From assembly GCA_016927495.1 (NCBI GenBank), contig JAFGMP010000009.1, positions 937 to 64,936 on the forward strand: DNA of 64,000 bases, given 5' to 3'. Positions 29,349 to 39,327 of this stretch are shown piece by piece. Source of the stretch: Candidatus Latescibacterota bacterium. Lineage in GTDB: Bacteria; Latescibacterota; Latescibacteria; Latescibacterales; Latescibacteraceae. Numbering within the stretch: the stretch's first letter is position 1; every line of letters begins with the position of its first letter. Below the pieces are notes generated by a model. It was not told the DNA's origin and did no database searches. It was given only the letters and a program-made list of their open reading frames with translations. A program made the position numbers and the translations under genes.

Positions 29349-30446
29349 ATGAACAATATGACGAAACGATATATTATCTTCGGTATTAGTCTGTTTTTAC
29401 TATGTACGACCATAACTATCTCTTTTGCTCAGGTGAGATTAAAGGATATGGCGGTTATTCGAGACCAGCGTGAAGTCCAGCTCATCGGATATGGTCTTGT
29501 TGTGGGCCTTAACGGTACCGGTGACGGAAAGAATACACAGTTTACCATACGCATGATAGGAAATATGATGAAACGTATGGGTGTGGAAGTTCCTGCGACG
29601 AGTATAAAGGTAAAAAATGTTGCCGCCGTTATGGTAACCGCTACCGTTTCACCTTATGTAAAGAGCGGCGGCGCTTTTGATGTCACCGTATCATCGCTTG
29701 GTGATGCGTCGAGTCTCGAAGGTGGTACTCTGCTCATGACACAATTAACCGGGCCTGACGGTCTTGTTTATGCATCTGCCCAGGGAGCAATCAGCGTCGG
29801 AGGTTCAAACAGGAATTATGGCGGTGGTGGTATTGTTGAGAACATCGAGCTGGTGGGAAGAGTTTCTGATGGCGGTATTCTTGACCATGAGTTTCCAACC
29901 ATAAGCACGGAAGAGCGAAGTCTTATGGTAAATTTAAGAAGCCCGGATTATACAACGGCTTATCGCGTGGCAACGGCGATCAATGAAACATTTTTACAGA
30001 ATATTGCAAACCCGCGCGATGCCGGCAGTATAATCATCAATGTACCGGAAGAATACGTACAAGCCTCCGGAATTGTCAGGTTTATCTCGGAAATGGAAGC
30101 TATTACGTTTGTTCCTGATGAAAAAGCTAAGGTTATAATAAATGAGCGAACTGGGACGATAGTTGCAGGAAGCAACGTAAGTCTCAGTCCGGTGGCGATA
30201 ATGCACGGCACATTATCGTTGGTAATCGAAGAACCTGGAGCCGCAGGGCAGGCTCAGCAGGCGGCGCCAGGTCTGCCCGGAGCAGAACCGGTCGGGGACC
30301 GTATGGTGACTCTTAACGAAACTGCGAATGTCGGTGAGGTTGCTAAAGCTCTCAATCTTCTCGGCGCAACACCCCGTGACCTGATTGCAATTTTTCAGGC
30401 GCTAAAGAGTGCGGGTTCGCTCAGAGCAGAACTGGTAATTATTTAA
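29349..30446 (+). CDS. flgI: Flagellar P-ring protein FlgI
   Basis: RLKDMAVIRDQREVQLIGYGLVVGLNGTGDG is a near-consensus FlgI N-terminus. 365 aa with a signal peptide. Confidence 0.9.
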   Translation: MNNMTKRYIIFGISLFLLCTTITISFAQVRLKDMAVIRDQREVQLIGYGLVVGLNGTGDGKNTQFTIRMIGNMMKRMGVEVPATSIKVKNVAAVMVTATVSPYVKSGGAFDVTVSSLGDASSLEGGTLLMTQLTGPDGLVYASAQGAISVGGSNRNYGGGGIVENIELVGRVSDGGILDHEFPTISTEERSLMVNLRSPDYTTAYRVATAINETFLQNIANPRDAGSIIINVPEEYVQASGIVRFISEMEAITFVPDEKAKVIINERTGTIVAGSNVSLSPVAIMHGTLSLVIEEPGAAGQAQQAAPGLPGAEPVGDRMVTLNETANVGEVAKALNLLGATPRDLIAIFQALKSAGSLRAELVII

Positions 30447-30458
30447 AAAGAGGTTGGA

Positions 30459-30848
30459 GTGGAACTGAAAACGACTTACGATACGATATCTTTTATGCCT
30501 CTTATGCGAAATACGCGTAACTATATGTCTCTGAAAAATGACTCTGAGATGTATGAATTAAAAAAGCCGGCCACGAAAAAAGATACCGATATTGAGAAAA
30601 TAAAACTTCGCGAGGCTGCCCGTGGATTTGAGGCGATTTTTATAAAAAAACTGTTAAGTTCCATGCGTTCGACAATGTCTGAGGGCAATATGTTCGGAAA
30701 CGGTGTTGCCGGGGATATTTACGGTGAAATTGTTGACACAGCTGTCGCAGAAGAATTGTCGAAAAACAGCATATTGGGTTTAGCCGATAACATGTATCGT
30801 ATTATGGTAAAGAGCATCGATGCAAAGGCGAATCAGATTGACGAGTAA
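30459..30848 (+). CDS. flgJ: Flagellar rod-binding protein (FlgJ N-terminal domain only, no muramidase domain)
   Basis: Rod-binding motif (AARGFEAIFIKKLLSSMRS). 129 aa with no glucosaminidase domain. Confidence 0.75.
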   Translation: MELKTTYDTISFMPLMRNTRNYMSLKNDSEMYELKKPATKKDTDIEKIKLREAARGFEAIFIKKLLSSMRSTMSEGNMFGNGVAGDIYGEIVDTAVAEELSKNSILGLADNMYRIMVKSIDAKANQIDE

Positions 30849-30953
30849 TTTTTGATATTACAGGGCAGTTTGAAAAGACAACAAATAGTTTATCTTGGAT
30901 AGAAAAAGAAACATAACATCAGTACTTTTTGGTGCGGTTAAATAAAATATATC

Positions 30954-30981
30954 TAAAGATTTACGCTTAATTTGACGATAA
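30954..30981 (+). promoter_or_regulatory. Sigma-28 (FliA) promoter TAAAGATT-N12-GACGATAA upstream of flgN-flgK-flgL-fliW
   Basis: TAAA at 30954-30957 and GACGATAA at 30974-30981, with a 16-nt TAAA-to-GNCG spacing. It lies 24 nt before the flgN ATG at 31005. The ORF-track start at 30972 would fall inside the promoter. Confidence 0.55.
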
Positions 30982-31004
30982 TACATAGTAAAGGAGAAAA
31001 TTAT

Positions 31005-31520
31005 ATGGATGTGTCGGAACACATACAGGAGCTTATCCATATATTGAAAAGAGAAATCCAGTCATTCAATGCAATCAGTGAACTTTTAATACTCGAAGAA
31101 AAAAGCCTTATTGAGTTTGATACAAAGTCCCTTACTGATCTGATCGGACGGCAGGAGGATGTTTTTTCAAGTATTGCGTGCCTGGAAAAAAGCAGGCAGG
31201 ATGTGCTCGTGAGGATTGGTGAAATTACCGGGGAAGATCCTAAGACAATGACCGTTTCCCAATTATCGACTATGGTTGATGATCCGGTAAGGAAAAAACT
31301 TATTGAAGCAGGTCATGTACTGGATTCGGTCTATAAGGATATGAAATTGAAAAAATCTTCCAATGCCATGCTTATTAAACAAGGCGTCGTACTTATTGAA
31401 AATGATATCCGCACAATTCTTAAAGCTCTCGGAAAGACACATTCCGATGCTTCCGGTTATACATCTGCCTCACGGCACAATAATGAATCGGGTGGTATTT
31501 GCATAGACGGCAGAATGTGA
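31005..31520 (+). CDS. flgN: Flagellar export chaperone FlgN
   Basis: FlgN-family helical protein preceding flgK. AAAGGAG RBS at 30990. Confidence 0.65.
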   Translation: MDVSEHIQELIHILKREIQSFNAISELLILEEKSLIEFDTKSLTDLIGRQEDVFSSIACLEKSRQDVLVRIGEITGEDPKTMTVSQLSTMVDDPVRKKLIEAGHVLDSVYKDMKLKKSSNAMLIKQGVVLIENDIRTILKALGKTHSDASGYTSASRHNNESGGICIDGRM

Positions 31521-31527
31521 GTTAATA

Positions 31528-32919
31528 ATGTCATCATTGTTTTACGGATTAAATATCGGGAAAAACACACTCGCTGCTCAGACCAGTGTAATCAATACAG
31601 TATCCCATAATGTGGCAAATGCAAATACACCGGGCTATTCCCGTCAAACGGTAAACCTTATAGCTATTTCAGATGATACATCCAACGGCAGATTTGGGGT
31701 AGGACTCAGAATCGGAGGAGGGGCTGATGCGGCATCGGTTACCCGTTCAAGGTTCGGGCTGTATGATCTGATATATAGAAATGAGAGCCAGGATTATAAT
31801 GCATTCAGTAAAATGGAAGAAATGGTTAACCAGATAGAATTATTGTTCGATGAACCTTCGGAGCGTGGGCTGGGCGGTATTTTTAATGATTTCTTTAATG
31901 CATGGCAGGAAGTCGGCAACGATCCTTCGAGTATGGCGGCACGAAACAGTCTTAAAAGTATTGGCGATGAATTAACCAGCCGTATGCACCGTATTTATAA
32001 TCAACTTCTCACCATGCAATTAGATGTCGACAATGAAATAGCCACTACACCTCAACGACTCAATGAAATAGCCAGTGAAATTGCGGATTTAAATGCTTCA
32101 ATTCGAATATCCACCGTTCAGGGACAGGGTGGAAACGATCTGCGTGATAAACGTGATTTGCTTGTTGATGAGATGTCGGAATTTGCTGATGTACGTGTTG
32201 TAGAAAAAAGTGACGGAACCTATACTGTTCTTGTCGGTACCAATGTTGTGGTAGAACGGGATACATATTCCGAATTATCGGTTACTACACAGTCTACCGG
32301 TGGAAGGAATGTTAAAAGAACGGTTATTGTTTCAGCCGATGGTAATGAATATGAGCCGACAAGCGGTAAATTAGGAGCACTCATAGAAATTCGCGATAAT
32401 ATCATACCGGGAATAACCGATGAATTGAATACGATTGCCGATGCTTTGGTTACTTATGTCAATTTTGAACACCGTAACGGCTACGGAGTTGATGGGAAAA
32501 CAAATCGTAACTTTTTCGATCCTACCAGGACCAAGGCATTCAACATATCTCTTTCAACTGATATTGACGATGTATCCAATATTGCTGTTTCCGGTGATGG
32601 TTCCAAAGGTGATAATACTAATGCAATGAATATGGTGCAATTAAAAGACAATAATGTAATTAAAAATAGTTTCACCCTTAGCGAGTATTATAATTCACTG
32701 ATTGCCGACATCGGTATTCTTGGCAGCGAAGCCCGGTCGGGACGTCAAAATGAGGAATTGTTAATAACTCAGGTTGACAATGCACGGGAATCGATCAAAG
32801 GTGTCAGTATCGATGAAGAACTTATTCATTTAATACAGTCACAGCATATTTATCAGAGCGCTTCACGATTAATTGTTACACTGGACGAACTGCTGGATGT
32901 CGTCGTTAATTTGACGTAG
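31528..32919 (+). CDS. flgK: Flagellar hook-associated protein 1 FlgK
   Basis: N-terminal MSSLFYGLNIGKNTLAAQTSVINTVSHNVANANTPGYSRQ and a C-terminal Flg_bbr_C-like region. Confidence 0.9.
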   Translation: MSSLFYGLNIGKNTLAAQTSVINTVSHNVANANTPGYSRQTVNLIAISDDTSNGRFGVGLRIGGGADAASVTRSRFGLYDLIYRNESQDYNAFSKMEEMVNQIELLFDEPSERGLGGIFNDFFNAWQEVGNDPSSMAARNSLKSIGDELTSRMHRIYNQLLTMQLDVDNEIATTPQRLNEIASEIADLNASIRISTVQGQGGNDLRDKRDLLVDEMSEFADVRVVEKSDGTYTVLVGTNVVVERDTYSELSVTTQSTGGRNVKRTVIVSADGNEYEPTSGKLGALIEIRDNIIPGITDELNTIADALVTYVNFEHRNGYGVDGKTNRNFFDPTRTKAFNISLSTDIDDVSNIAVSGDGSKGDNTNAMNMVQLKDNNVIKNSFTLSEYYNSLIADIGILGSEARSGRQNEELLITQVDNARESIKGVSIDEELIHLIQSQHIYQSASRLIVTLDELLDVVVNLT

Positions 32920-32967
32920 AGAATTCAAGTGCACGTGTAATCGAAATAGAGAAGTGAGATTTCCATT

Positions 32968-33870
32968 ATGAGAATCACCGACAGAATTATGCATAACAGC
33001 TTAATCTCTAATCTTTCATTTTCAACGGAACGCCTTTATGAGAGTGAAATGAGAGTATTGACAAACAAAAAACTGAATAAACCATCAGATGGCCCTGTTG
33101 ATGTTCTGAACTCACTTGCTATCAGAGAAAAAATTAGCGAGATTGAACAATACCAGAGGAATATTTCACGGGCCCAAACGATTCTACAAAACACGGAAAC
33201 AATCGTTTCACAGGTTGGCGAGGTGTATCAAAGACTTAACGAATTGACAATTCAGGGAGCTTCCGATTCCTATGGGGCATCTGATAAATTATCGATTTCT
33301 TATGAGGTCAATCAATTGCTTGAACAGTTACTCAATTTTGCCAATAATAAATCGGAAGCCTCATATACATTCGGAGGAACGAACATCGACGCCCAGCCAT
33401 ACCTTGCTATTCGAAATGATGAAGGTGAAATTGTAGAAATAAAAACTTCGGGTACCGGTGGCGATATTAACAGTATGATTGGTGAAAACATAAAGATAAA
33501 AGTTAATGTGAACGGAGAGGACCTGTTCGAAGATAGCATAAATTTATTTGATGTCGTCATTCAGATACGGGATAATCTGAAAGCAAATAATACCGATGGT
33601 GTAAGAGAACAGCTCACCGGTTTGCAGGAAGGTACTGAAAAAATATTGAATCATCAGGCAATTATCGGTTCACGTTTAAACCGTATCAATGCCGCTGAAT
33701 CCCGTGCTGAAAACGATGTGATCAGTTTTACGGAATTTCTTTCGAATACCGAAGATGTAGATGCATCGGAAGCAGTTATGGATTACCAGATGGATCTGCT
33801 TACGCTGCAATATTCACTTCAGGCCGGTTCACGGTTGATGCAGCCAAAACTTGCCGACTTTTTGGGTTAA
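32968..33870 (+). CDS. flgL: Flagellar hook-associated protein 3 FlgL
   Basis: MRITDRIMHNSLISNLSFSTERLYESEMRVLTNKKLNKPSDGPVD, with a flagellin-like N/C terminus. It follows flgK. Confidence 0.85.
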   Translation: MRITDRIMHNSLISNLSFSTERLYESEMRVLTNKKLNKPSDGPVDVLNSLAIREKISEIEQYQRNISRAQTILQNTETIVSQVGEVYQRLNELTIQGASDSYGASDKLSISYEVNQLLEQLLNFANNKSEASYTFGGTNIDAQPYLAIRNDEGEIVEIKTSGTGGDINSMIGENIKIKVNVNGEDLFEDSINLFDVVIQIRDNLKANNTDGVREQLTGLQEGTEKILNHQAIIGSRLNRINAAESRAENDVISFTEFLSNTEDVDASEAVMDYQMDLLTLQYSLQAGSRLMQPKLADFLG

Positions 33871-33913
33871 TACAAAAATAGTATAATTACAATGTGTTAT
33901 AGGAGATAATCCT

Positions 33914-34372
33914 ATGGGGATTCTTTCAGACAACCCGTCCGTTACACTGAAAACATCTCGCGGTATAATCGAAATTGATACAAAGGATGTCATTCATTTT
34001 CCTGAGGGCATTTTGGGTTTTGAGGGATATAATGATTTCGCTATTCTCGATATCACCGATTGCAAACCGTTTAAGAGTATGCTTTCTGTCAAGGAAGGTG
34101 GACCGGATTTTGTTGTCGTCGAACCTCTGCTCATATTTGATGATTATACTCCCCTGGATTCCGCAGGGCCGATACATGATTTAGGATTGGGTGATCCCCT
34201 GAACCTCGTAATATTGTCTATTGTGACACTTTCTGAAAAAACGGAAGACATCACTATCAATCTCAGTGGCCCTATTTTCCTCAATCAGGCGACAGGGTTG
34301 GCCAAACAAGTCGCTCTTCCCGACGAAAAATACCACACAAAAGTCCCCGTTTTTATCGACGACGAAAATTGA
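33914..34372 (+). CDS. fliW: Flagellar assembly factor FliW
   Basis: IEIDTKDVIHFPEGILGFEGYNDFAIL matches the FliW family. 152 aa. Confidence 0.85.
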   Translation: MGILSDNPSVTLKTSRGIIEIDTKDVIHFPEGILGFEGYNDFAILDITDCKPFKSMLSVKEGGPDFVVVEPLLIFDDYTPLDSAGPIHDLGLGDPLNLVILSIVTLSEKTEDITINLSGPIFLNQATGLAKQVALPDEKYHTKVPVFIDDEN

Positions 34373-34525
34373 ACTTTCATTGATTAAAACATAAATATCA
34401 ATATGCAAATATAAATGTCCATGTTGGGGCGGGACTGTATGTTCACCCAAATGATGGATGCCTTATAATTATATTACATGAAGTTGCCGGGGATTGGGAT
34501 TGTTTTACGGGGATGAAAATTGAAG

Positions 34526-35353
34526 CTATTGAGCGGTGAGTTCTTTTAATTTTTCCCGTGCGAGATCAGCCTCTTCAGATTTAGCGTAGCTTTTTATTAC
34601 CTGGTTCAGGGTTGACCGGCCACTTTTGACATCGCCTTTTTCTATCTGGGCAAAACCAATTTTCAACAGCGCCGCCCGCGCTTTGGGGGATTTTGAATAT
34701 TTTTTACGTACGGTTTCAAACTCTTTGATTGCGAGGTCATATTTTTTTTGCGCATAGATTGACTCGGCAAGCCAATATTGTGCATTAGGAGCCAGGGAAT
34801 GATCGGGGAATTGTAGTATAAATGATAAGAAACGGCTTTCAGCAAGAGCAAAATTATTATCCTCAATGTCTGTAAGCGCAGATTCGTATAACTTTTCGGG
34901 ATCAGGTTTAATATTTGTGACCGGAGATGAGTAAGCATTTGTATTATCTGCAGAAGGTTGGGAAGACGGCGCTGACACAGATTTATTCTCTCCGGCTTTT
35001 GATTCCAGTCCTCCATATAACTGGATTGTTTCAAGTTTCGACAGCAGGTTTTTCAACAGATAATTTATATCATCCTGCCGGGCTGTTATCATGGAGATGT
35101 TTTCATTTTGCTCGCGGGATTGTGTGCCGAGTATAGCGCGCATGCTCTGTGATAACATTATTTGTTCATGAATCAGGCTGTCAATCATGGAAACTGAACT
35201 TTCGAGTGCAGACAGGCGTTCGCTGAAATCACGCGCATTGATTTGTGATTCACGGTGCATTTCAGTAAAGTCTGTTTTTGTCGCACAGGAAACAAATATA
35301 ACAGTGCAGCATATTAAACACGCCTGCAACTTCAGGATGCTCATATTCATCAC
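34526..35353 (-). CDS. ybgF: Tol-Pal system protein YbgF/CpoB (TPR repeats)
   Basis: Signal peptide, coiled coil and C-terminal TPR repeats (YQLAESIYAQKKYDLAIKEFETVRKKYSKSPKARAALLKIGFAQIEKGD). It is the last gene of the tol-pal operon. Confidence 0.75.
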   Translation of the reverse strand: MMNMSILKLQACLICCTVIFVSCATKTDFTEMHRESQINARDFSERLSALESSVSMIDSLIHEQIMLSQSMRAILGTQSREQNENISMITARQDDINYLLKNLLSKLETIQLYGGLESKAGENKSVSAPSSQPSADNTNAYSSPVTNIKPDPEKLYESALTDIEDNNFALAESRFLSFILQFPDHSLAPNAQYWLAESIYAQKKYDLAIKEFETVRKKYSKSPKARAALLKIGFAQIEKGDVKSGRSTLNQVIKSYAKSEEADLAREKLKELTAQ

Positions 35354-35502
35354 ATTTCACCTTACCATGATCGATACAATTTTGCCATAAAAAAGACAGT
35401 AGTCAGAAGACTGAAATTTAAACCAATGAATGTGTGCGCATTATCGGGATATCATCTTTTTAAAATCTGTGTTCAGTCTGCTGACTACTGTAGTGAAAAT
35501 AA

Positions 35503-36039
35503 TTATTGCGATGTTATTTTGAACTCGCCCCGACGGTTTTGAGACCATGAGGATTCGTTATGGCCTGATGAAACAGGTCTTTCTTCCCCGTAGGAAATGG
35601 TCGAAATCCGTGAGCTTGAGATGCCGTAATCGATTAAATACTGTTTAATCGCATCGGCGCGCCGCTGTCCGAGTGCCATGTTGTATTCATCGGTACCGCG
35701 TTCGTCGCAATGACCTTCGATTCTGATTCTGATAGTGCTGTTGTCACTGAGAAGCCGTGCATTGTTACTTAAATTACTTCTCTGGTCAGATTTGATATCA
35801 GATTTATCGAAGTCAAAATAAACGGTATTGAACTGAGATTCACTGATAGCGACTTTTTCGACAATTTTACGTTCCGGTTCTTTGACCTGTGGTTTTGGAG
35901 CAGGCTTCTTTTCCTGTACGACAGGCGCCGGTTTTGGAGGTGGTGTCTCCGCTTTCTTTTTTGCACAACCATTAAAGCTTGCGAGTGTCAATAAAAGACC
36001 GAGCACAAATACAACTGCAACGTTCCCTTTTTTGTACAT
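35503..36039 (-). CDS. pal: Peptidoglycan-associated lipoprotein Pal (OmpA family)
   Basis: Lipobox (LASFNGC) and an OmpA-like domain (VYFDFDKSDIK...IRIEGHCDERGTDEYNMALGQRRADAIKQYL). MYKKGN start at 36039 with an AAAGGA RBS. The ORF-track start at 36150 is too far upstream. Confidence 0.9.
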   Translation of the reverse strand: MYKKGNVAVVFVLGLLLTLASFNGCAKKKAETPPPKPAPVVQEKKPAPKPQVKEPERKIVEKVAISESQFNTVYFDFDKSDIKSDQRSNLSNNARLLSDNSTIRIRIEGHCDERGTDEYNMALGQRRADAIKQYLIDYGISSSRISTISYGEERPVSSGHNESSWSQNRRGEFKITSQ

Positions 36040-36076
36040 CTTGTAATCCTTTCTTAAGAGGTTTCGGAACTTTTCC

Positions 36077-37420
36077 CTACCGTCGCGAAGATACGCGTAT
36101 ATCATCTCCAGATGAGGTAGGTGCCCATGCTGGTGATAAACTATTTCCATCTTTTGTTAGGGGACGTATATCAGATCCATCCCAGTTCATGACAAAAAGG
36201 TTTTTCCCTCCCAATCTGTTTGATGTGAACAGAATCTTTAAACCGTCCGGAGACCATTTAGGATTTTCATTTGACCCGCTGCCGTAAGTCAGCATAATCA
36301 TTTCGTCGCCGTTAAGGTTTATCGTTGCTATATCAAAACCATAATCACTCAAAATGACAAATGCAATGAGATTTCCCCGTGGTGACCAGCATGGAGAGTC
36401 TTCATACGTATCGAGCGACGGCGTCAAACGCCGTATTCCCGATCCATCGCTGTTCATGATATAAACTTTAGGCATACCCGACCGGTCGGATGTAAATGCT
36501 ATCTTTGAACCGTCCGGCGACCATGTTGGCGATGAATCTATTCCGAAATGATTTGTCAGTCGTCTCAGGTCTTTTCCGTTCCTGCGACAGGTATATATCT
36601 CAGCGTTTCCATCTCTCGTCGATGTAAACGCGATAATGTCAGGGTTAGTAGGGTTCCATGAAGGAGATGTATTCAATCCGGGCCACTGTGAAATATCGAG
36701 AGTCTGTCCGGTATTGACATTAATCATAACAATAGCCCAGTTTTCGTTATTGAGTGACGAATAGGCTATAGATTCTCCATTGGAAGACCAACTCGGCGAC
36801 AGATTGAGGGTACGTGAAAAAGTCATCTGCCGTCGCCTTCTGCCATCAGGATCCATGAGAAAAAGGTCTTTATATTCACCGTTTGAACGTACAAAAGCAA
36901 TCTGTGAAGCCAAAGATCCGCGTACGCCGTTATATATGCCAATAATATCGTCAGCGATAACATGGGCGGTATACCACGGTCTGTCAGCAATAATCAGATA
37001 CTCTTCTTCGAACAGCGTGACCGCGGTTTTAAGATCTATTGCCTTTACACTGACTGCCGTACTATTCTGTGTTTCGATTCCGTAAATCAAACATGAAGCA
37101 TTTGCGGCCTTCCATATCTCGAACATACTTTGAGACGCACTCTGAAGGCTGTCGGGGATTTCTTTAACCTGGAATAATCCACAGTAATTAAGATCATCGG
37201 CAAGTGTCGACTTAACTTCAGAAATTAGGCCTGAAGTTCCGGTTGTATTAAAACCTTCTATTCCGATTCCAATTAGTTTGGAACCCCCCGCTCTGATAGA
37301 AAGCGTTACTTCCGATTGCGCAGACGCCTCAAAAACCGAACTAACTAATATAATATAATAAAAGAACAGGACATGCAAATAAAACGAATACTTTTTTTGA
37401 AAACAACTATTTTTATTCAT
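36077..37420 (-). CDS. tolB: Tol-Pal system beta-propeller protein TolB
   Basis: Signal peptide, TolB N-domain and WD40-like PD40 repeats (SPSWSSNGESIAYSS, SPSWNPTNPDIIAFTS, SPTWSPDGSKIAFTS). Confidence 0.9.
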   Translation of the reverse strand: MNKNSCFQKKYSFYLHVLFFYYIILVSSVFEASAQSEVTLSIRAGGSKLIGIGIEGFNTTGTSGLISEVKSTLADDLNYCGLFQVKEIPDSLQSASQSMFEIWKAANASCLIYGIETQNSTAVSVKAIDLKTAVTLFEEEYLIIADRPWYTAHVIADDIIGIYNGVRGSLASQIAFVRSNGEYKDLFLMDPDGRRRRQMTFSRTLNLSPSWSSNGESIAYSSLNNENWAIVMINVNTGQTLDISQWPGLNTSPSWNPTNPDIIAFTSTRDGNAEIYTCRRNGKDLRRLTNHFGIDSSPTWSPDGSKIAFTSDRSGMPKVYIMNSDGSGIRRLTPSLDTYEDSPCWSPRGNLIAFVILSDYGFDIATINLNGDEMIMLTYGSGSNENPKWSPDGLKILFTSNRLGGKNLFVMNWDGSDIRPLTKDGNSLSPAWAPTSSGDDIRVSSRR

Positions 37421-37432
37421 ATATTAATTTAC

Positions 37433-38047
37433 CTAAGCCGGATCATAAATAAAGTTTATATGTACACCCAGTCCATCTTCCTTAAACTCATCGGGCAGTG
37501 GAGCGAATGGATTTGATTTATGTATTGCATCGTAAGCCGATCTGTCGAATCTGACGTTGCTTGTTGGTTTTTCGACTTTGATTATACCCTTTATGGTGCC
37601 GTCTTTTGAAATGCGAAAATAAATGGTTGTCGAGTATGATTCATTCAATCTGGGATACGACCAATTGAGAAGGATTCTATCTCTTAAGGCTACAAGATAA
37701 TCAAGATCTACTTCGGCATCCGTTTGAATTCCGGGCAGTTGTGTCCCTTTCTTTTTTTCGCTTTGATTTGTCTGCTGAGTTTCCGTTGTCTTGGCAGTTT
37801 GTTTACGCCGTTTTACTCTATTCGGAATCGCTTCTTCAGGTTTTATCTGAACCTGCGGTATATACCGTTTCGGTTCCTCCTTTACAACCGATTGTTTTAG
37901 CAAGCGCTCAATTTGCTGCGGAGATACGGTGGTTATAGGAACAACTGTTTCCGTAACATGTTTCTTGACGCCAATAAACGAGGTAACAATCAAACCGGTA
38001 AATACGGTTATATGTCCCGCTGCTGAAAATATTATTTCCCGCCACAT
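37433..38047 (-). CDS. tolA: TolA/TonB-like energy transducer (TonB C-terminal domain)
   Basis: N-terminal TM, a K/E/Q-rich linker and a TonB_C-like C-terminus. It sits between tolR and tolB. Confidence 0.7.
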   Translation of the reverse strand: MWREIIFSAAGHITVFTGLIVTSFIGVKKHVTETVVPITTVSPQQIERLLKQSVVKEEPKRYIPQVQIKPEEAIPNRVKRRKQTAKTTETQQTNQSEKKKGTQLPGIQTDAEVDLDYLVALRDRILLNWSYPRLNESYSTTIYFRISKDGTIKGIIKVEKPTSNVRFDRSAYDAIHKSNPFAPLPDEFKEDGLGVHINFIYDPA

Positions 38048-38068
38048 AATGACTCTTCCGGTACGAAA

Positions 38069-38476
38069 TTATTTTTTTGAGGCTTTTGCAGAATCCCTGA
38101 CCACAAGCCCGACATTATCACCGCCGATTTCTTTCACATTGCTGAGAATATCGACAACCGTACCGTATGGAACCTTATCATCGGCATTGATAAACACCGG
38201 TTCTCCCGACCTCTTTTTCCAAACATCCTGAAATTGGCCGGTGAACTCTTCTGCTTTTACCTTTGTTCTGTCGATAAATATGGAGCCATCCTGTTTGACA
38301 GTCACGACAATTCCTTCGGTAATATTGGCTTTCGATGCTTTTCCTTTCGGTAAGTCAACGTCGATCAACTGGTTCATCGCAGGAGCAGTGATCATAAAGA
38401 TTATCAACAACACCAACGTCACATCGATAAGATTTACGAAAGATATCTCTGCCTTTATGGGGATCCGCGGTATCAT
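38069..38476 (-). CDS. tolR: TolR/ExbD biopolymer transport protein
   Basis: ExbD/TolR N-terminus (RIPIKAEISFVNLIDVTLVLLIIFMITAP). 135 aa. Confidence 0.9.
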   Translation of the reverse strand: MIPRIPIKAEISFVNLIDVTLVLLIIFMITAPAMNQLIDVDLPKGKASKANITEGIVVTVKQDGSIFIDRTKVKAEEFTGQFQDVWKKRSGEPVFINADDKVPYGTVVDILSNVKEIGGDNVGLVVRDSAKASKK

Positions 38477-39129
38477 GATTTGGTTCCTTTGGAAAAGAGA
38501 TCTTTCGTAAACTCGCTTATACGTTCGAGTTGATCCAGACAGTTGTTGATTCTCATTGACAGGAAATTATGTCCTGCCGATGCCGGAATCGCGACGCACA
38601 ATCCCGCAATGGTGGTCATGAGAGCTTCTGCAATACCCGGCGCAACCGTCGCAATAGTTGCATTACCCATCTGCTGAATGCTTATGAAAGAATACATTAT
38701 ACCGTAAACCGTTCCGAGAAGGCCTATAAGCGGGCTGGTGCTTGCTGTTGTTGCCAGCAATCCCATCCATTTCTGCAGTCTGTTGAACTCAAACATCACG
38801 GCATTGTTGATAATAGATTCCGGTGACAAAATCTGCCTTCCCTCATTTTGTGATTTGATAAGCTTTAACAGAATTATGGGGACGGTTCGAATTGTGCTGT
38901 TGCTGAAATTATTACAACTCTCCTCAATAAGCTTTATATTTGCCTGTCTGGTTAAAGACGTAACGAAACCTGAAATGGTTGTTTTATACCCTACGATGTA
39001 AAAATATTTATTAAGTATAATTGCCCATGAAATAATTGACAGCGATACAAGAAAAACGAGAATAGCTTTGGTAAAAAGTGTGGAACCGAGAATTAGCTTA
39101 AGCGCAGGTAAGGCTATTGAATTCGACAA
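38473..39129 (-). CDS. tolQ: TolQ/ExbB proton channel protein
   Basis: MotA/TolQ/ExbB 3-TM topology, 218 aa. The first gene of tolQRAB-pal-ybgF and overlaps tolR by 4 nt. Confidence 0.9.
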   Translation of the reverse strand: MSNSIALPALKLILGSTLFTKAILVFLVSLSIISWAIILNKYFYIVGYKTTISGFVTSLTRQANIKLIEESCNNFSNSTIRTVPIILLKLIKSQNEGRQILSPESIINNAVMFEFNRLQKWMGLLATTASTSPLIGLLGTVYGIMYSFISIQQMGNATIATVAPGIAEALMTTIAGLCVAIPASAGHNFLSMRINNCLDQLERISEFTKDLFSKGTKS

Positions 39130-39327
39130 TGAAAAATCCTTATTAAATTTTTAATTTGCTCTTGTAAACCTTAAAGTTATATTATAAACAATATGGAACC
39201 AAACGGCAACAATTCTTTCATTCCTTTACGGGCTAAATATCAATTTCTTATACCTGAATCATACAATATCAAAAAATCGGCATATAAAATACACTTAGTT
39301 GCTTTTTCAAAAGTATGGAGGATTATC

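Noticed and set aside
30972-31004. ORF-track start of flgN at 30972
   Set aside because: This start would place the coding sequence inside the sigma-28 -10 element at 30974-30981. The ATG at 31005 has an AAAGGAG RBS and gives a normal FlgN N-terminus.
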